Source: the human T2T-CHM13v2.0 reference genome, Homo sapiens. Taken from it: a DNA stretch of 64,000 bases. The stretch lies in assembly GCF_009914755.1 (NCBI RefSeq), contig NC_060947.1. One strand, written 5' to 3'. The notes under the pieces were generated by a model. It was given only the letters and a program-made list of their open reading frames with translations. It had not been told where the DNA came from and searched no databases. Position numbers and translations under genes: made by a program. Shown here piece after piece: positions 14,498 to 28,560 of the stretch; the first letter of the stretch is position 1; each line of letters opens with the position of its first letter.

Positions 14498-15938
14498 GCT
14501 TACAGTAATTCATGGTCTCCACTCCGGCAACTCACAGAGTGATGATCTATGATACATTCTATTGCATCGTCTAAGACACAAGTGCTTGTGACAATTGTGG
14601 AGCCATAAAAAGAGATGTAACCACCACCCAAAGTTCCCTTAGCACCCACAGATCATGAGATTAAAATAGCCTCATGAGAAAAAAATCAGTTATTATTTCT
14701 TTATCCACTCACAGCATTAGTACAAGGCAGCTCATTCTGAAACTCATTAGAAATCGTAACATAACAACAGATATTATTATCTGAGAAGATATATCCACTA
14801 TCCTTGACCAAAAGAATTTAAATGGAAATTTTCTACAGCGTTTCTACAAACCACTATTTCCTTTCTAGCATGCTGGCTTCGACAGCAGAGCAGTGATTTT
14901 CAATTTGTTATGTGCTAAATATTTTAATTACATTTTGAAGTAAGCAGCATTCCAGAAAAGACAAATAGTCCAAAATGAGGTAATTAATTCTTGAAGGTAA
15001 CCATACTAATATATGCATCTTTCATAGCAGAAATTAATTATTCTCAAGACAACTGTCTTTTCCCCTTGTAAATTAGGACATTTCTCCTCTAATTAGTTGA
15101 AAATGCCTGTAGGACATTATCACCACTGAGCTATGGAATTTCCTTCAGCAGGTAATTCCAGTTAGAATTGAGAGGTGTTTGAAATTGAAAGCAGAGTTTT
15201 AGGCTTCAGCTTGTTTCTGCTCAGTGGGGTGCAGAATCACAAATATAAAACCATCTACGATTATGAAGAGCCATTCATCCTGTATGCATGGGTAAGTAAG
15301 TGTTTAGCAGGGTGACCTGGACAAGGTACCAGTGGAAATATCTCTTTCTCATTTATACTGTCATCTTTTATCTTGCAAAAACAGCTCATGCTAAGAATGC
15401 AGGAATGTTTTCCCTGTGGGTCAAGCTGCATATCATGCTGAGATCCCAACCAAGAAAGAAAGGGCAGTGTGTTCACTACTGTAATGTGCCACTTAGCGTG
15501 TTACTCAGATAAAGTTGAATCTAGAACTATCTACCAGCGCTTGTTTCTGCTCCTCGAGGAACAACAGCACTTCTCCTCCTTGCCCCCCCACCCCCCACCC
15601 AGTGAGAGCAGTAGAATGAACAAGGCAGCTTCAGCCCATTGGGAAAGAATAAAGAACCCTTTGCCTGTGTGTTATCAGCCTCAATCATCGTTTAGCATGA
15701 ACTCTGCAGCCCCCTGAGTTGTTGGTGAACTCAGAATTGGTCAATTCAAGGGAAGGAGGACCAGGCCAATTCACTGGCATAAGGCAACATCCTTGAGAGC
15801 TGGACACACACATTCCCAGCTAGATCCAGCCCAATTCCCAATGCATAACATCATCATAATAATAATTAGTGTTTAGTGAATTTGTAATTAATGAATAAAT
15901 TGTGGCAACTGTCCGGTTTTTTATTCTTTAACAATTGT

Positions 15939-15968
15939 TTTAGAATTATTCACTTTAGAATTATTCAC
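15939..15968. repeat. Perfect 15-bp tandem duplication
   Basis: TTTAGAATTATTCAC x2. Confidence 0.85.
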
Positions 15969-16359
15969 CAACCAAGTACTAGGTCATTATACGGTAGTCA
16001 ATAAAGGAAGCATCATCTCTGCCTCGTGGGACATATATTTCAGTAGAATTATGTTTATTCCACTGAAAGTTATTTATATAAATAGAGATCAAGTGCACAA
16101 CCATTTATTTCAAACCAACTGGCAGAATTGTCTCCTCAGTTGGTTTTAATGCAAACACTCAGAGACCACTGGAGTTAGTGTCAGTTTTTTAAAAACCTTA
16201 TAAAATATCTATTTTTAACAAGATATAATCTCCTGCAAAGCAAGGTGCAGAAAGCTATAATACCTGCAAGCTGTCCTCCTACATCAATCTTGTTCCAAGA
16301 TAACAGAAGAAGATGAAGCTTTCAGATCCAAGATTTACCCACCGGGGCTGTACCAGGTT

Positions 16360-19055
16360 AAATGAATATAGATAAGACATAATCTGGAACAAACAAAACC
16401 ACAAGAACAGTATGTACTGTAGGAGTCTGATCATGCAAGGTTCAAAAACAGACAATGCTAATTCATGGTGATAAAAATCAGAATAGTTACCCTGGTTGTA
16501 GGGGAGGATGGTGACTGAGAAAAAGCATGAGAGAATGTTCCAGGACACCAGCAGTGTTTCTAGTTATCCACTGAATGGTGTTTACAGATGTAAGTATATG
16601 GAAAAAAAATCATCAAGCTGTATAGTTAAGATGTGTGTGCTCAGCTGAGCGTGGTGGCTCATGCCTGTAATCTCAGCACTTTGTGGGGCTAAGGCAGGAG
16701 GACTGCTTGACCCCAAGGAGTTCAAGACCAGCCTAGTCAACATGGTGAGACATTGTCTCTACATAAAAAAATTTAGCTGGGCGTGGTGGCATGCACCTGT
16801 GGTCCCAGCTACTCACGGGGGCTGAGGAGAGAGGATGGCTTGAGCCCAGGAGGTCAAGGGTGCAGAGAATGGTGATTGCACCACTGCACTCCAGCCTGGG
16901 AGACACAGCTTTTTTTTTAGAGTCTCTAAATTTTTTTTAATTAAAAAAAGATATGTGTGCTTTATTATATGAAAGTTACACCTCAGTGGGAAAAAAATAA
17001 AACTGTAGAATGGAAAAGATCTTTATGAACTGAAATTTCCAGGACATATTGTTCAGTGGGGAAAAAAAACAAAGTGCAAAGTAATATCTTTATAATATGC
17101 TACCCTTCATGTAAGAATGAAGGAGATATAAGAAAATAGTCATGCATTTGTTCTTTTGTGCAAAATAAACAGGAGAGATGAATCAGAAGTGAATGCAGCT
17201 GGTTACTTAGAGGGGGTGGGTGAGAATGAAGAAGGAATGAGAGAATGGGAGTGGGGGATCACAGATGGAGGGGTGGAGAGCAGGACCTCTCTGTGTATGT
17301 GTTTTGTATGATGCTGACTTTTAGAACTATGTTATGCTTCCCTTACTCAAAAAGTAATAACTAATTAAAATCAGCCAGGACAGTGGTGGTGGCAGTAGGG
17401 CAGAGACCCAAAATGGAATTTAAAGAGTAACAAATGAGCCCAACTCTATTGCAAATGCATAACACAGACATGCTAAAAGAAGAAAAGAACTGATCTAAAT
17501 AACTTTGAAAAACAATATTTTGACTACATACTAGAAGGCTTAAAAGACAAAAAGAAATGTGTACATATACTGTGTTCTAGTTAATACATATTCTTTTCAA
17601 GTGGCATGTGAGTTAGCAATTTGGGGACTATAAACATGCATACACATATAAGTTAGGGCTGAGTGAGTTCATAAATATGTTGAGGGTAATGAGGGACAGA
17701 TGTTTTACTGTTGAAGAATTACAAATACAGGGGAAGGCTAGAATGAACACTGTGATGTTAGACTGGAATCAGTGACAGTATAAACTCATGGTCCTTAATA
17801 TATAAACATAAAGGTATATACATATAGGTATAGACGGTTATATGTGTATGTCTGTGTATTCATAGATATACTGGGAAATAGCCCTGTTCTTTGAGAGGGT
17901 TAAGAATTGACACCACAGTAGCAATGAGCATGCCAAGCTCCCAGATCTTGTTTTCTAAATCCCTTCTCCAATACAAGGAATGGGGGCTCCTTGGAAACTG
18001 CTTATTCCCAGACTGAGGCAAGGGAAATACACAATGTTCCAGCAATATCATATGGTGCCTAAAATTAAGGAAGTATTTAGAAAATGATGGGGCCATGTCA
18101 AAAGGAATTGACAGTTAAAGGATCTCCCAATGGGCAAATCTGGGGACAACTGGAGCAATAGCAGAAATAGCAAAAAGTACTAATACTAATGAATTATAAC
18201 CCATAGAATAAAATGATTATCCATGAATTCATTACTACTAAATCAAAGGAGAAGGTATAACTCTTTCTTATCATAGAACTCCCATTATTCAATGTAAAAG
18301 AAATGAAAGAAATAGAATATCACCATTTGCATGTATCACAGTAATAACTGTTCTTGAAGAAGCCATCAATGACTGTTAACATTAGCTGGTGAAAAAAATA
18401 TGATAAAAAACAGGACATTTGTACACTGTCAAAGTGTCTCCTCACAATATTTTTTTATTTCAAAGGAAAAATAGTAACTTTACAATGGAGAATCCTGGCA
18501 GACACAGCCTTAGCCAACTGATCAAGGTTAATATCGCCAGTAATAAAACACAGTGACATAATCATGTGTCCCCCTGATAACATGCAGAGGACACAATATC
18601 AATTCCTTGGCATTCTTGCAAAAAAACATATAACCTAAATTTAATAATGAGAAAACACCAGGAAAACCCAAATTGAGGGGCATTCTACTAAAAAATTTGC
18701 TAGTGCTCTTTGTAAATGTCAAGAATATAAAGAACAAAGAAAGGCTCAAATTGGAGGAGTTAGGGAGACAACACCTAAATGCAATGTGAAGTCTTGCATG
18801 CACTCCTGGACCAGAAAAAGGACATTAGTACAAAAATTGAACAAAAACCTGAAGAAAATCTGCAGGCTAACTAATAGTATTATACTCATGTTACTTTCTT
18901 AGTTTTGATCATTGTACAATAGCTACATAAGTTACTAACATTTTTGAAAGCTGGGTGAAGGGTATATGTACTATATAAAGGTAATTACTTTGTACTAAAA
19001 TGTTTGGCAACATTTTTATAAGTCTCAAATTCTTTCAAACTGAGAAGTAAAATAA
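16360..19055 (+). mobile_element. L1MC/MD-type 3' region (possibly two adjacent L1M pieces) with Alu insertion
   Basis: aatcagaatagttaccc, gtagcaatgagcatgccaagctcccagatcttg, tggcagacacagccttagccaactgatcaaggttaa, acaacctaaatgcaatgtg, gctgggtgaagggtatatg. Confidence 0.85.
16643..16949 (+). mobile_element. AluJ
   Basis: Dimeric Alu with degenerate tail; TSD aagat(g/a)tgtgtgct. Confidence 0.92.
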
Positions 19056-19138
19056 TATATTTTTGCTTTATGCACATATTTAACAGTTTTTGGAGAGGTA
19101 GGTAGTGTATCTGAATGGCACCTCTCAAAGTCAAATCC

Positions 19139-19182
19139 TGTAACTTCAAGGTAATTGACACCATGTGACTTCAAGGTAATTG
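19139..19182. repeat. 25-bp-period tandem duplication
   Basis: tgtaacttcaaggtaattg / tgtgacttcaaggtaattg (18/19). Confidence 0.8.
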
Positions 19183-19855
19183 CTTACATCCTCTATCCCT
19201 GATTTAATTCTCCATCTGTGCAGTATTTATCATAATCCTCATTTTACAGAAGAGAAAGGTGAGGCAGTGAACACAAAGTGGCCACCATTGGGTATATGAT
19301 GTTATTATTATTAGAATAAGGGATCAGGGAATGTCATAATGCAAGTGAAATCATCCGTTTCAATTATTTTTTACTAAGAACTTCCTCACCCTATGAAGAA
19401 TCAAAGGAAGAAGCCAGGGACACAGTGAGTGGGAAAGTAAAGGAAGAAAGAAGATGGAAGGAGAAGGGAGGGAGGCTCGAGAGAGGGAAGGAGGAGTGAA
19501 AGAATAAAGACTGCCTCCTTACTGTGATAAATGTGATCTTCAGTATCATCAACATTAAGCCTTCAAACAAAAAAAATAATGTAAGGACTACATCCCTTTA
19601 TTCATTCCTTTCTATACCAGGGTTCTCAAAAAGTATATCTTCACGCTCATACAGTTAAGAGGATAATTGCTAATGTATAATTTGAATTCACCATGTTACT
19701 TAATCACTGTTTCCTCATTACATCAATCACAGTAATTGATCATGATGATAACAAATCCATTTCCTTCAGGAAGCAACCCCAATCTTAACCTCTTTTCTAA
19801 TACTATTTATGGAATCACCCTGCCCAAGTTTTGTGTTTTCTATCTGAAACCTAAT

Positions 19856-19968
19856 TTAGATAGATAGATAAAATGCATAGATGGATGATGGATAAACAGA
19901 TATGGATGGATAGATAGATAGATGAAATGGATAGATGGATGGATGGATGGATAGATAGATAGAGATGG
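19856..19968. repeat. Compound (GATA)n/(GGAT)n microsatellite
   Basis: Degenerate tagatagata...ggatggatgg...gatagataga. Confidence 0.88.
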
Positions 19969-20141
19969 ATTACCGTCGGATGTATACATGCATACCATCA
20001 TTGGAAGAGTCAAAGAAAATTCTTCGGTGGAGTGACACCCCACTAATACAAGTACGACATGCCACCAAAATCAAAACTACTGTACTCAGGAATATATCTA
20101 TGCATTCATTTGTTTATCTGCATTATATATATATATATAAA

Positions 20142-20412
20142 TTTTTTTTCTTTTGAGACAGGGTCTTGCTCTGTCACCCAGGCTGGAGTGCAGTGCTGAT
20201 CATAGCTCACTGAAGCCTGGAATTCCTGGGCTCAAGCAATCTCCCTGCCTCAGCCTCCCAAGTAACTGGGAATATAGGCATGCACCACTGCACCCAGCTA
20301 ACTTTTTGTAGTTTTTGTAGATATGGGGTTTTGCCGTGTTGCCCATATTGGTCTCTAACTCCTGGCCTCAAGTGATCCTCGCACCTCAGCCTCCCAAAGT
20401 GCTGGGATTACA
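20142..20412 (-). mobile_element. AluJ, slightly 5'-truncated
   Basis: Reverse dimer ending at gctgggattaca; (TA)n next to tail. Confidence 0.93.
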
Positions 20413-20588
20413 CATAACATATATTTATTTAAACACTCAGTATGTACCAGGTTCTAGGTGCTGAGTTGAAAGCAAGGATGAAAACAAAGTCCCTGCTCCC
20501 ATCAAGAATACTTTCTAATGGAGAAGACAGATATATAAACAATGAAATCTATTATGGCAAGTCCAGACGGGTGACATAAAGAAAAACA

Positions 20589-20843
20589 GGCTGGGCGCGG
20601 TGGTTCACACCTGTAATCCCATCACTTTGGGAGGCCGAGGCGGGCAGATCACCTGAGGCCAGGAGTTCAAGACCAGCCTGACCAACATGGCAAAACCCCA
20701 TCTCTATTAAAAATACAAAAAGTAACCAGGCATGGTAGCACACACTTGTAATCCCAGCTAACCTGGGAGGCAGAGGTTGCAGGCAACAGAGTGAGACCCT
20801 GTCTCAAAAAAAAAAAAAAAAAAAAAAAAAGAAAGAAAGAAAA
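20589..20843 (+). mobile_element. AluS with right-arm deletions
   Basis: Left arm intact, right arm shortened, long A/GAAA tail. Confidence 0.92.
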
Positions 20844-21999
20844 TGAAAAAGAAAGTGTGATAAGAGGAGAGGGATTTCAGAGAGGGGCCACGTGGGAGTG
20901 AGTGAGGTCAAGAAAGGTCTCTTGAAAGAATAAAGACCTGTATGATTATCTTGGGGAAAACAGTGACAAGTCACGAAACTGCAAGTGCAGACACTTGGAG
21001 ACTGGACTGACTGTGGCAGCCTGAGGAGCAGAGAGAAAGGCAGACTGCTTGCTCAGAGGGAGAGAAGGAATGGGAAGCACATGAAAGGGAGACAGCAGCC
21101 ACATCATTTGGGATCTTGCAGGCCATGAGACCCCATGTATATCACCACTGGACGTACACATGCACACCATCATTGCAAGACTCCAATACAATTCTTGGCT
21201 AGGATGACACAGGAACTTGCAAAAACCCATGGGAAACCAGCCTCCTGTTTTATCTCTGGAGTCCACAGGTTCCTAAAACCCAAGGCAGCCTGGAAACAGG
21301 AGTTACGCAGAGCTGGAAACCTTGGCAGAGAGAAAAGCCTTCAGTTAAGCGAGACTCTCCAGGGCGAGGCAGACTTTTTTTTTTCCTCCCTGTTTTTGTT
21401 GCTTTTCACATCTGGCTTTCTTGTGTTACTTTCAGACCATCCATCTATGTTTGTGTAAAAGGGTCAGGGCCACATAGCATGGAAAAATGTAGCTTTCTCT
21501 GCTTATTTATAGGCCCAGGCCTTTTAAGGCACAGATGCCCAAAGATCTCCATCCCTACCTGGAAGTGGCAAAAGGGCAATGACAGTGGAGCCAAGCCAGC
21601 CTCCCAGAGTGTCCAAACCTTATTTAAAGCTTTTTTGGAGCCAAGGACATTTCCCTGAATCTGTTCCAAACTAGAATGAAGATGCTGGTGAATGATATTT
21701 TTGCAAAATCTGCAGGCTCAGGAATTGACAGTCTTGACATTTACGTTAAATATGAAGAACCATTTATGAATCCTTGTTGCAGAAGGCTGCTGTCAGCAAG
21801 CCAAAAATACAGCATAAAGAATAATAATAATAAAACAAAGCTGGCACAAAACCTTGTTTCCTCTTGAAAAGGCCAATTTTTAGTTTGATGGCAGTGACTC
21901 TTAGAACCCAAAAGGAAAACAAATTTCTACCCACACGGTCTGTGCTGCTCTTCTCCTCATGTTAATTTTATCTCACATCTCAAATACATAGTCATTTTT

Positions 22000-22049
22000 T
22001 TCCTATTGAAACTGAAAGGTGTTCTTCCTATTGAAACTCAACGGTGTTC
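22000..22049. repeat. 25-bp tandem duplication
   Basis: ttcctattgaaactgaaaggtgttc / ttcctattgaaactcaacggtgttc (23/25). Confidence 0.85.
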
Positions 22050-22433
22050 ATTCTAAAAATAAGTTGTCTGTATTTAATTCCATAAATGGTTTCTTCCTGG
22101 TGAGTGCTATTTTTCAAGAATGTTGCTTGACTGAAGTTATAATAATGAATTAGATACAGTCTCTTGCAAAATTCTTTTGAGATACAAAGTCTTCATGACA
22201 TGGAAACTAATTGCCCATTAGCTTTGTTCACATACTTAATAAAATATTTCCATGAAGATAATAATCATCAAACTTCTTTGCTTCATGCTGTTCGAGAGCT
22301 AGAAATTCCTTTTTTGCCCCCAGTCAAGGGCTATGCACAACGAAAACTCATCAAATGCAAGAGCCACTCAAATCAGCTAGTATTTTTAAAAACTAGACCG
22401 CAAATACAAATCCACCTGATATCTAACTGAAAA

Positions 22434-22630
22434 ACATGTCCCTAACATTTTCTAAACACTTCATTAATTTTAGGCACCATATGATATTGCTGGAACATCT
22501 TGGATTTCCCTTGCCTCAGTCCCAGAATAAGCAGTCTCCAAGGAGCCCTGGTTCCTTCTATTAGAGAAGGGATTTAGAAACCAAGATCTGTGAGCTTAGC
22601 ATGCTCATTGCTACTGTGATGTCAATTCTT
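22434..22630 (-). repeat. Isolated L1M segment; inverted copy of 17902-18098
   Basis: Hand alignment: 197 nt, no gaps, 21 mismatches against the reverse complement of 17902-18098. Confidence 0.92.
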
Positions 22631-22929
22631 CTTTCAACTGATAACATTCATCTTCACCCCCACGGTGGGCAGAACGTTCTAACAAGTGCTTCTCACTCCT
22701 TTAAGTAGGCAACATCCTGTTAGATTTTTTTTTTCTCCCTATCTTCTTGCCCAAAAAAGATGGAGAAGGGGGCACCAACATGGTGTGCCAGAAGCAGGTG
22801 GCAGCTTCCCTGGACCAATTAGCCATTGATTGGTCAGATACTACTCTGCCCACAAAGCCACCTCTCACCCAATCTTTCTTTAGCTGCTTTAAAAGTTCTT
22901 CTCTAGATTTCTAAACAAAGACATTGTTC

Positions 22930-23575
22930 ATATCTTCCAAGAATTTTATAGTTTTAGCTCTTACATTTAGGTCTTAGATTCATTTTGAGTTAATTATTGT
23001 ATACGATGTGAAGTAGGAATCCAACTTCACTCTCTTGCATGTTGAGCATCCAGTTGTCCCAGCACTATTCTTTTAAAAGCCTATTCTCTACCCAACTTAA
23101 TTGTATTGACTCTCTTGTTTAAAATTAATTGACTACAAATGTGAGGGTTTATTGCTACACTCTTAATTCTATTCAATTCATCTACATATTTACCTTTTTA
23201 CCACTACCACATTGCCTTTATTACTATAATAAGTTTTGACTGTAAGTTTTATAGTGGGTTTAGAAATCAGGAAGTGTGACTCCTCCATTTTGATCTTCCT
23301 TTTCAATATTGTTTCGGTTATTCTGGGTTTGTTATATTACCAGATGAATGATAGGTTCTGCTTGTCTACTTCTGCAAATAAGCCAGCTGGGATTCTGATA
23401 GAGCTTGCACTGAGTCTATAGATCTATTTGGGAAGTACTGCCATCTTAATGTTGTTAAGTCTTCCAACCCATGAACATAGACATGGGATGCATTTCCATT
23501 TATTTAGGTCTTCTTTAATCTCTTTCAGCAATGTTTTATAGTTTTCAGAGCATACATTTTGCACTTCTTCCGTAA
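22930..23575 (-). mobile_element. L1M ORF2 3' fragment
   Basis: ttttatagttttagctcttacatttaggtc...cattttgagttaatt...ccagttgtcccagcac...gggattctgatagagcttgcactgagtctatagatc...ttccatttatttaggtcttcttta. Confidence 0.9.
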
Positions 23576-23669
23576 GATTCAAAAATGCTACAGAGAGGAA
23601 ATCAGCAAGGAATCAATGGCCATGGGGTGGGGGAGAGTTAGTGGGACAGAGTTCTGTTGTGACTAACTC

Positions 23670-24060
23670 ATAGCTTTCTGCCTTGAGAGAATGCAAAGAT
23701 GGTGGTGCCATTAGCTACACCAGGTGTTTTGTGAATGAAGGAGGGTGAAGTGGGTGTCAGAAATACTGAGTTTCAGGAAGTGCCTACTGTGGGTGGTAGT
23801 GTCCCCTAGAGTGGCTTTGGTATAGAATTTGAGTATACATGTTCAAGGGGAAGCCTTGGATGTGGCTGAGATCACCTGGAAAAATGAGAAAACCACAGCA
23901 GGACCAACATGCACAAAGAGACATGAGTCAGTGGAGAGGCTATACAGGACTAAGGAGCAAGACAGCAGCAAAACCCAGTGGGTATTTTGTCAGTGTAGCT
24001 AAAATAAGAGAACATGTCAAGATGGGGTGTCGAGAGGACCCTCAGGAAGGCCAGCAGGAA
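23670..24060 (-). mobile_element. L2 fragment
   Basis: ttctgccttgag...gatggtggtgccatt...tggatgtggctgagatcacctgga; heavily diverged. Confidence 0.55.
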
Positions 24061-24224
24061 TCAGGCTGCATATGGGGGCCCAAGTAAGCAGGCTGCTGTC
24101 TGGTCTGCTTGCCAGTCTGTGAACACCAAGAAGGCAACTACAAGAGTAGCCCATCTTTGCAGCAAGTCTTCACACAGCATGGAGGGAGGGGAGCTGAATC
24201 AGTGGACACATTGCAGGGACATTA

Positions 24225-24592
24225 AGTGAGTCCTGGCCCAACAAGAAGCAGATGTCCACGTGGGATTAAGAAAATCAAGATGGTTTCAGAGAGAACACCT
24301 CTGTAAAAGAAAGGGCAATGCAAGTCTGCCCCCACTTGAAGGATAAAGGGAGGGAAGGTTGGACCGCTCTTGACTGATACACAGACTAAGACAGGTTCCA
24401 GGCTACCCCAGGGGAGTTGTCAAGCCAATGTCAGTCATATTGGGTCGCTGGCTGGGATTAGTCAGTGAGAAACATGGCCTCTGCACCCCTGCACCAACAT
24501 TGCAAGGGACTGCAGAGCACAGTAGCTGGGGCCCTTGATCAGTTATGCGCCCTGCACTTGGAGTCTGCCAGATTCCGATTCAAGGCTACCAC
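24225..24592 (-). mobile_element. LTR16-family (ERVL) solo LTR
   Basis: gaagcagatg...aacacctctgtaaaagaaaggg...ccaggggagt...ends ggctaccaca, the reverse of a TGTGG(C/T)AGCC LTR start. Confidence 0.65.
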
Positions 24593-24751
24593 ATACATCA
24601 ATATCTGGTCTGGGTTTTCCTATGTTGCTGGAGAACTCATTAGTAGATGAGAGGTCCCTGTGTACTCTGGAACAATTGAGAGAAGCTGAGCAAAGACCCA
24701 AGAGATGACAACAAACAAAAGCCAAGAATAAAGAAAGAAAATTATGTTTGA

Positions 24752-25064
<313 letters not shown>

Positions 25065-26254
25065 AGAAAATTACATTTTATACCTTCTAGACCAAACACC
25101 ATGAAACTAATATAATTAATTTTTTTCTCCTGGTAGACTTGAACAATGAATTGGGCTAAAATTATCTCGCCAACAAAATGCACACAATAAAATGAGAAGA
25201 GGGGGAAAATTGCACCTGATTCTTTCTAGCACATATCCTATCAGCCGCAGCTAATTAACTAAAGGCCCAATTACCTACTGCGCAAAAACTGTAAAGGAGC
25301 AGAGAAGCCTATTCTATGCAGAAAATCTTCATCATAATGAAATCATTAGCTTCAAGAGGAAAAAGAGTTGTACTTCAAACTTGGGAAGCGAGAAGTGTCT
25401 GATGGCTTGTCGAATTACAAGTTTCTATTCTACTTGTGGAAAAAAATATTCTGTTAATGTGTTTTATGTGTCAGATGAAAATTGTATCACCTAGCACAGC
25501 CTGTCTTACATTCTGGAAATTAATGTTTTAGAGCAGGGGGATTTTTTTTCAACCCAGAACATAATGTATGCTTTGACAAATGAGCTCTCACTTTTGTCAA
25601 TAATATTCAAAGAGTAAGTAGCAATAGGACAGAGGCAGTTCTATCCATGAGAGAACAGCCAGGCATGCTTTATTGCAGAGAAAGAAAGGGAAAACAGAAT
25701 AATATTCTGTACAAGAAAATTAAGTTTCAAAAGATTCAAATGTAATGTGTCAAGAAACTCTTATTTGCAAGTGGAATTTAAAAGGAAACCAAACGAAATG
25801 ATGGATGCATGTTTCAGCCTCATAAGAGGACATTCTCTTCTCCTCTTTCCTTATAAACAGTATGGATCTGGGCCCACTGCTACAACCATCAGACTTCCAT
25901 CACAGCCAGCATTTGTGTTTGAAAGTTCTGTTTCATCTTCCCCACACCCTGACCCTCCAAAAAGTTCAGTAGGAAATCATCCTGGGATCAGGAGAGCATC
26001 AACAGTCGCTGTTCCTGGTGGTTCCAGCCACTCCCCACCCCCTGTGCAAACAGGCTCCAGAGCTTTGAGTTCTTCATTCCCCGGGGCCCTCTCTCTCCAC
26101 CAAAACCTCACAGCTTTACATCCCGTCCCATAAGGACCAAATCCCAGCTCCGATATAATTAGCTCCAGCCACAGAATAGTATGCCGTAAGTTACACAAAG
26201 ATCATAGCTGTATACAAACCACATGGAAATGTCTTCCGTACATTTTAAAGATCT

Positions 26255-26465
26255 TTTCCACATAGCACAGCCTTCTTGCAGATAGTATAATTTACTTATT
26301 TGTTATTATCACATATTGTCTCTCCCTCTGCTAGCATGCAGATCCATGGTCCTGGGGGAGCTCTGTATGCTTTATTTGATGATCTACCTATCCCACGCCT
26401 TCAAGCAGTGCCTGGGAATCCCTGGCAACAGGTGCTCCATGAATACGTGTTCGATCAACATGCTG
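26255..26465 (+). mobile_element. L2 3' end
   Basis: tgtctctccctctgctagcatgcagatccatg...cagtgcctgg...aggtgctccatgaatacgtgtt. Confidence 0.7.
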
Positions 26466-27404
26466 AGTGTGCTTAAGGCTTTCCATTTTTACTGTACAGA
26501 CTTTTTAGTAGTTTTGTTTATAACCAACATATATTTGTGCATTCATAGGGAATTCTGACTGTTAAGATTTTAAAAAGGAAATAAGAGAAATAAAAAGCCT
26601 GCTAATGACAGTGAGATAATCTATTATCCTCTATCAATATGACAATAAGTGACAAAGTGAAAATAGTCGATTCAGATCTCAAGGACAGAATGTAGGATTC
26701 CCAGGTCCTGTCTATGTTCATACAGAAGATGTTTGGGGTCAAGCGGAGCCTTTGCTCAACTCCACAGAGGTGGCTTCGCCTGGTGTGATCCTCTGGAGAA
26801 GTCTCCGTTTCAGCCTCTCCCCATTCTTTGGGTTTCGAGACACTAACCTTCTTGACTTAATAGGACGCGGCTCATATTGGGAACACTGCCAACAACATAC
26901 AAGTGAAATAGATTAAACAATAGTGTGCTGCCCTCAGGCTTCTGAAACTCAGATCTAATGAGGACATTTTCGTCTTCATACCCTTAATGACCTCCTGTTG
27001 CCCACGAGAGAAACACCAGTTTTTCAGGGTGGGAAACTTGCATGGCTCTCCAGAACATTCTCCAGCCATTCATCTCCATATCGGGGTTTTCAGGTGACAA
27101 ATCCTTCCTACCTCCCTTCCTTGGGTCACTATTCCTCATGCTCTTCCCCTTCTTCGTGAAAAAGAGTCACAAATATGTCATTCAGTTTGTCATAACCCCT
27201 AAGGTCACTCTTTGACCAAAAGCCATTCACTGAAAATAAAAAATGGCAACAGCTATGTACCAAGCACCGGGTTGAAAAACAAAAACAAAACAAAAAAAAC
27301 TTTCACCGGAATTATTTCATTGTAATCCTCCAAAAAATTCTGTCCACATGATTGTCAGAGTACATATAGAAGGAAACTTATGCTCAACATGTAATAAGTG
27401 TGCT

Positions 27405-28560
<1,156 letters not shown>

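Larger units (their letters stand above)
20095..21130 (-). mobile_element. L2 3' fragment interrupted by two Alus
   Basis: cattcatttg...tatgtaccaggttctaggtgctgag...acaaagtccctgctcccatc...gtgaggtcaagaaaggtctcttga...gatcttgcaggccatg. Confidence 0.75.
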
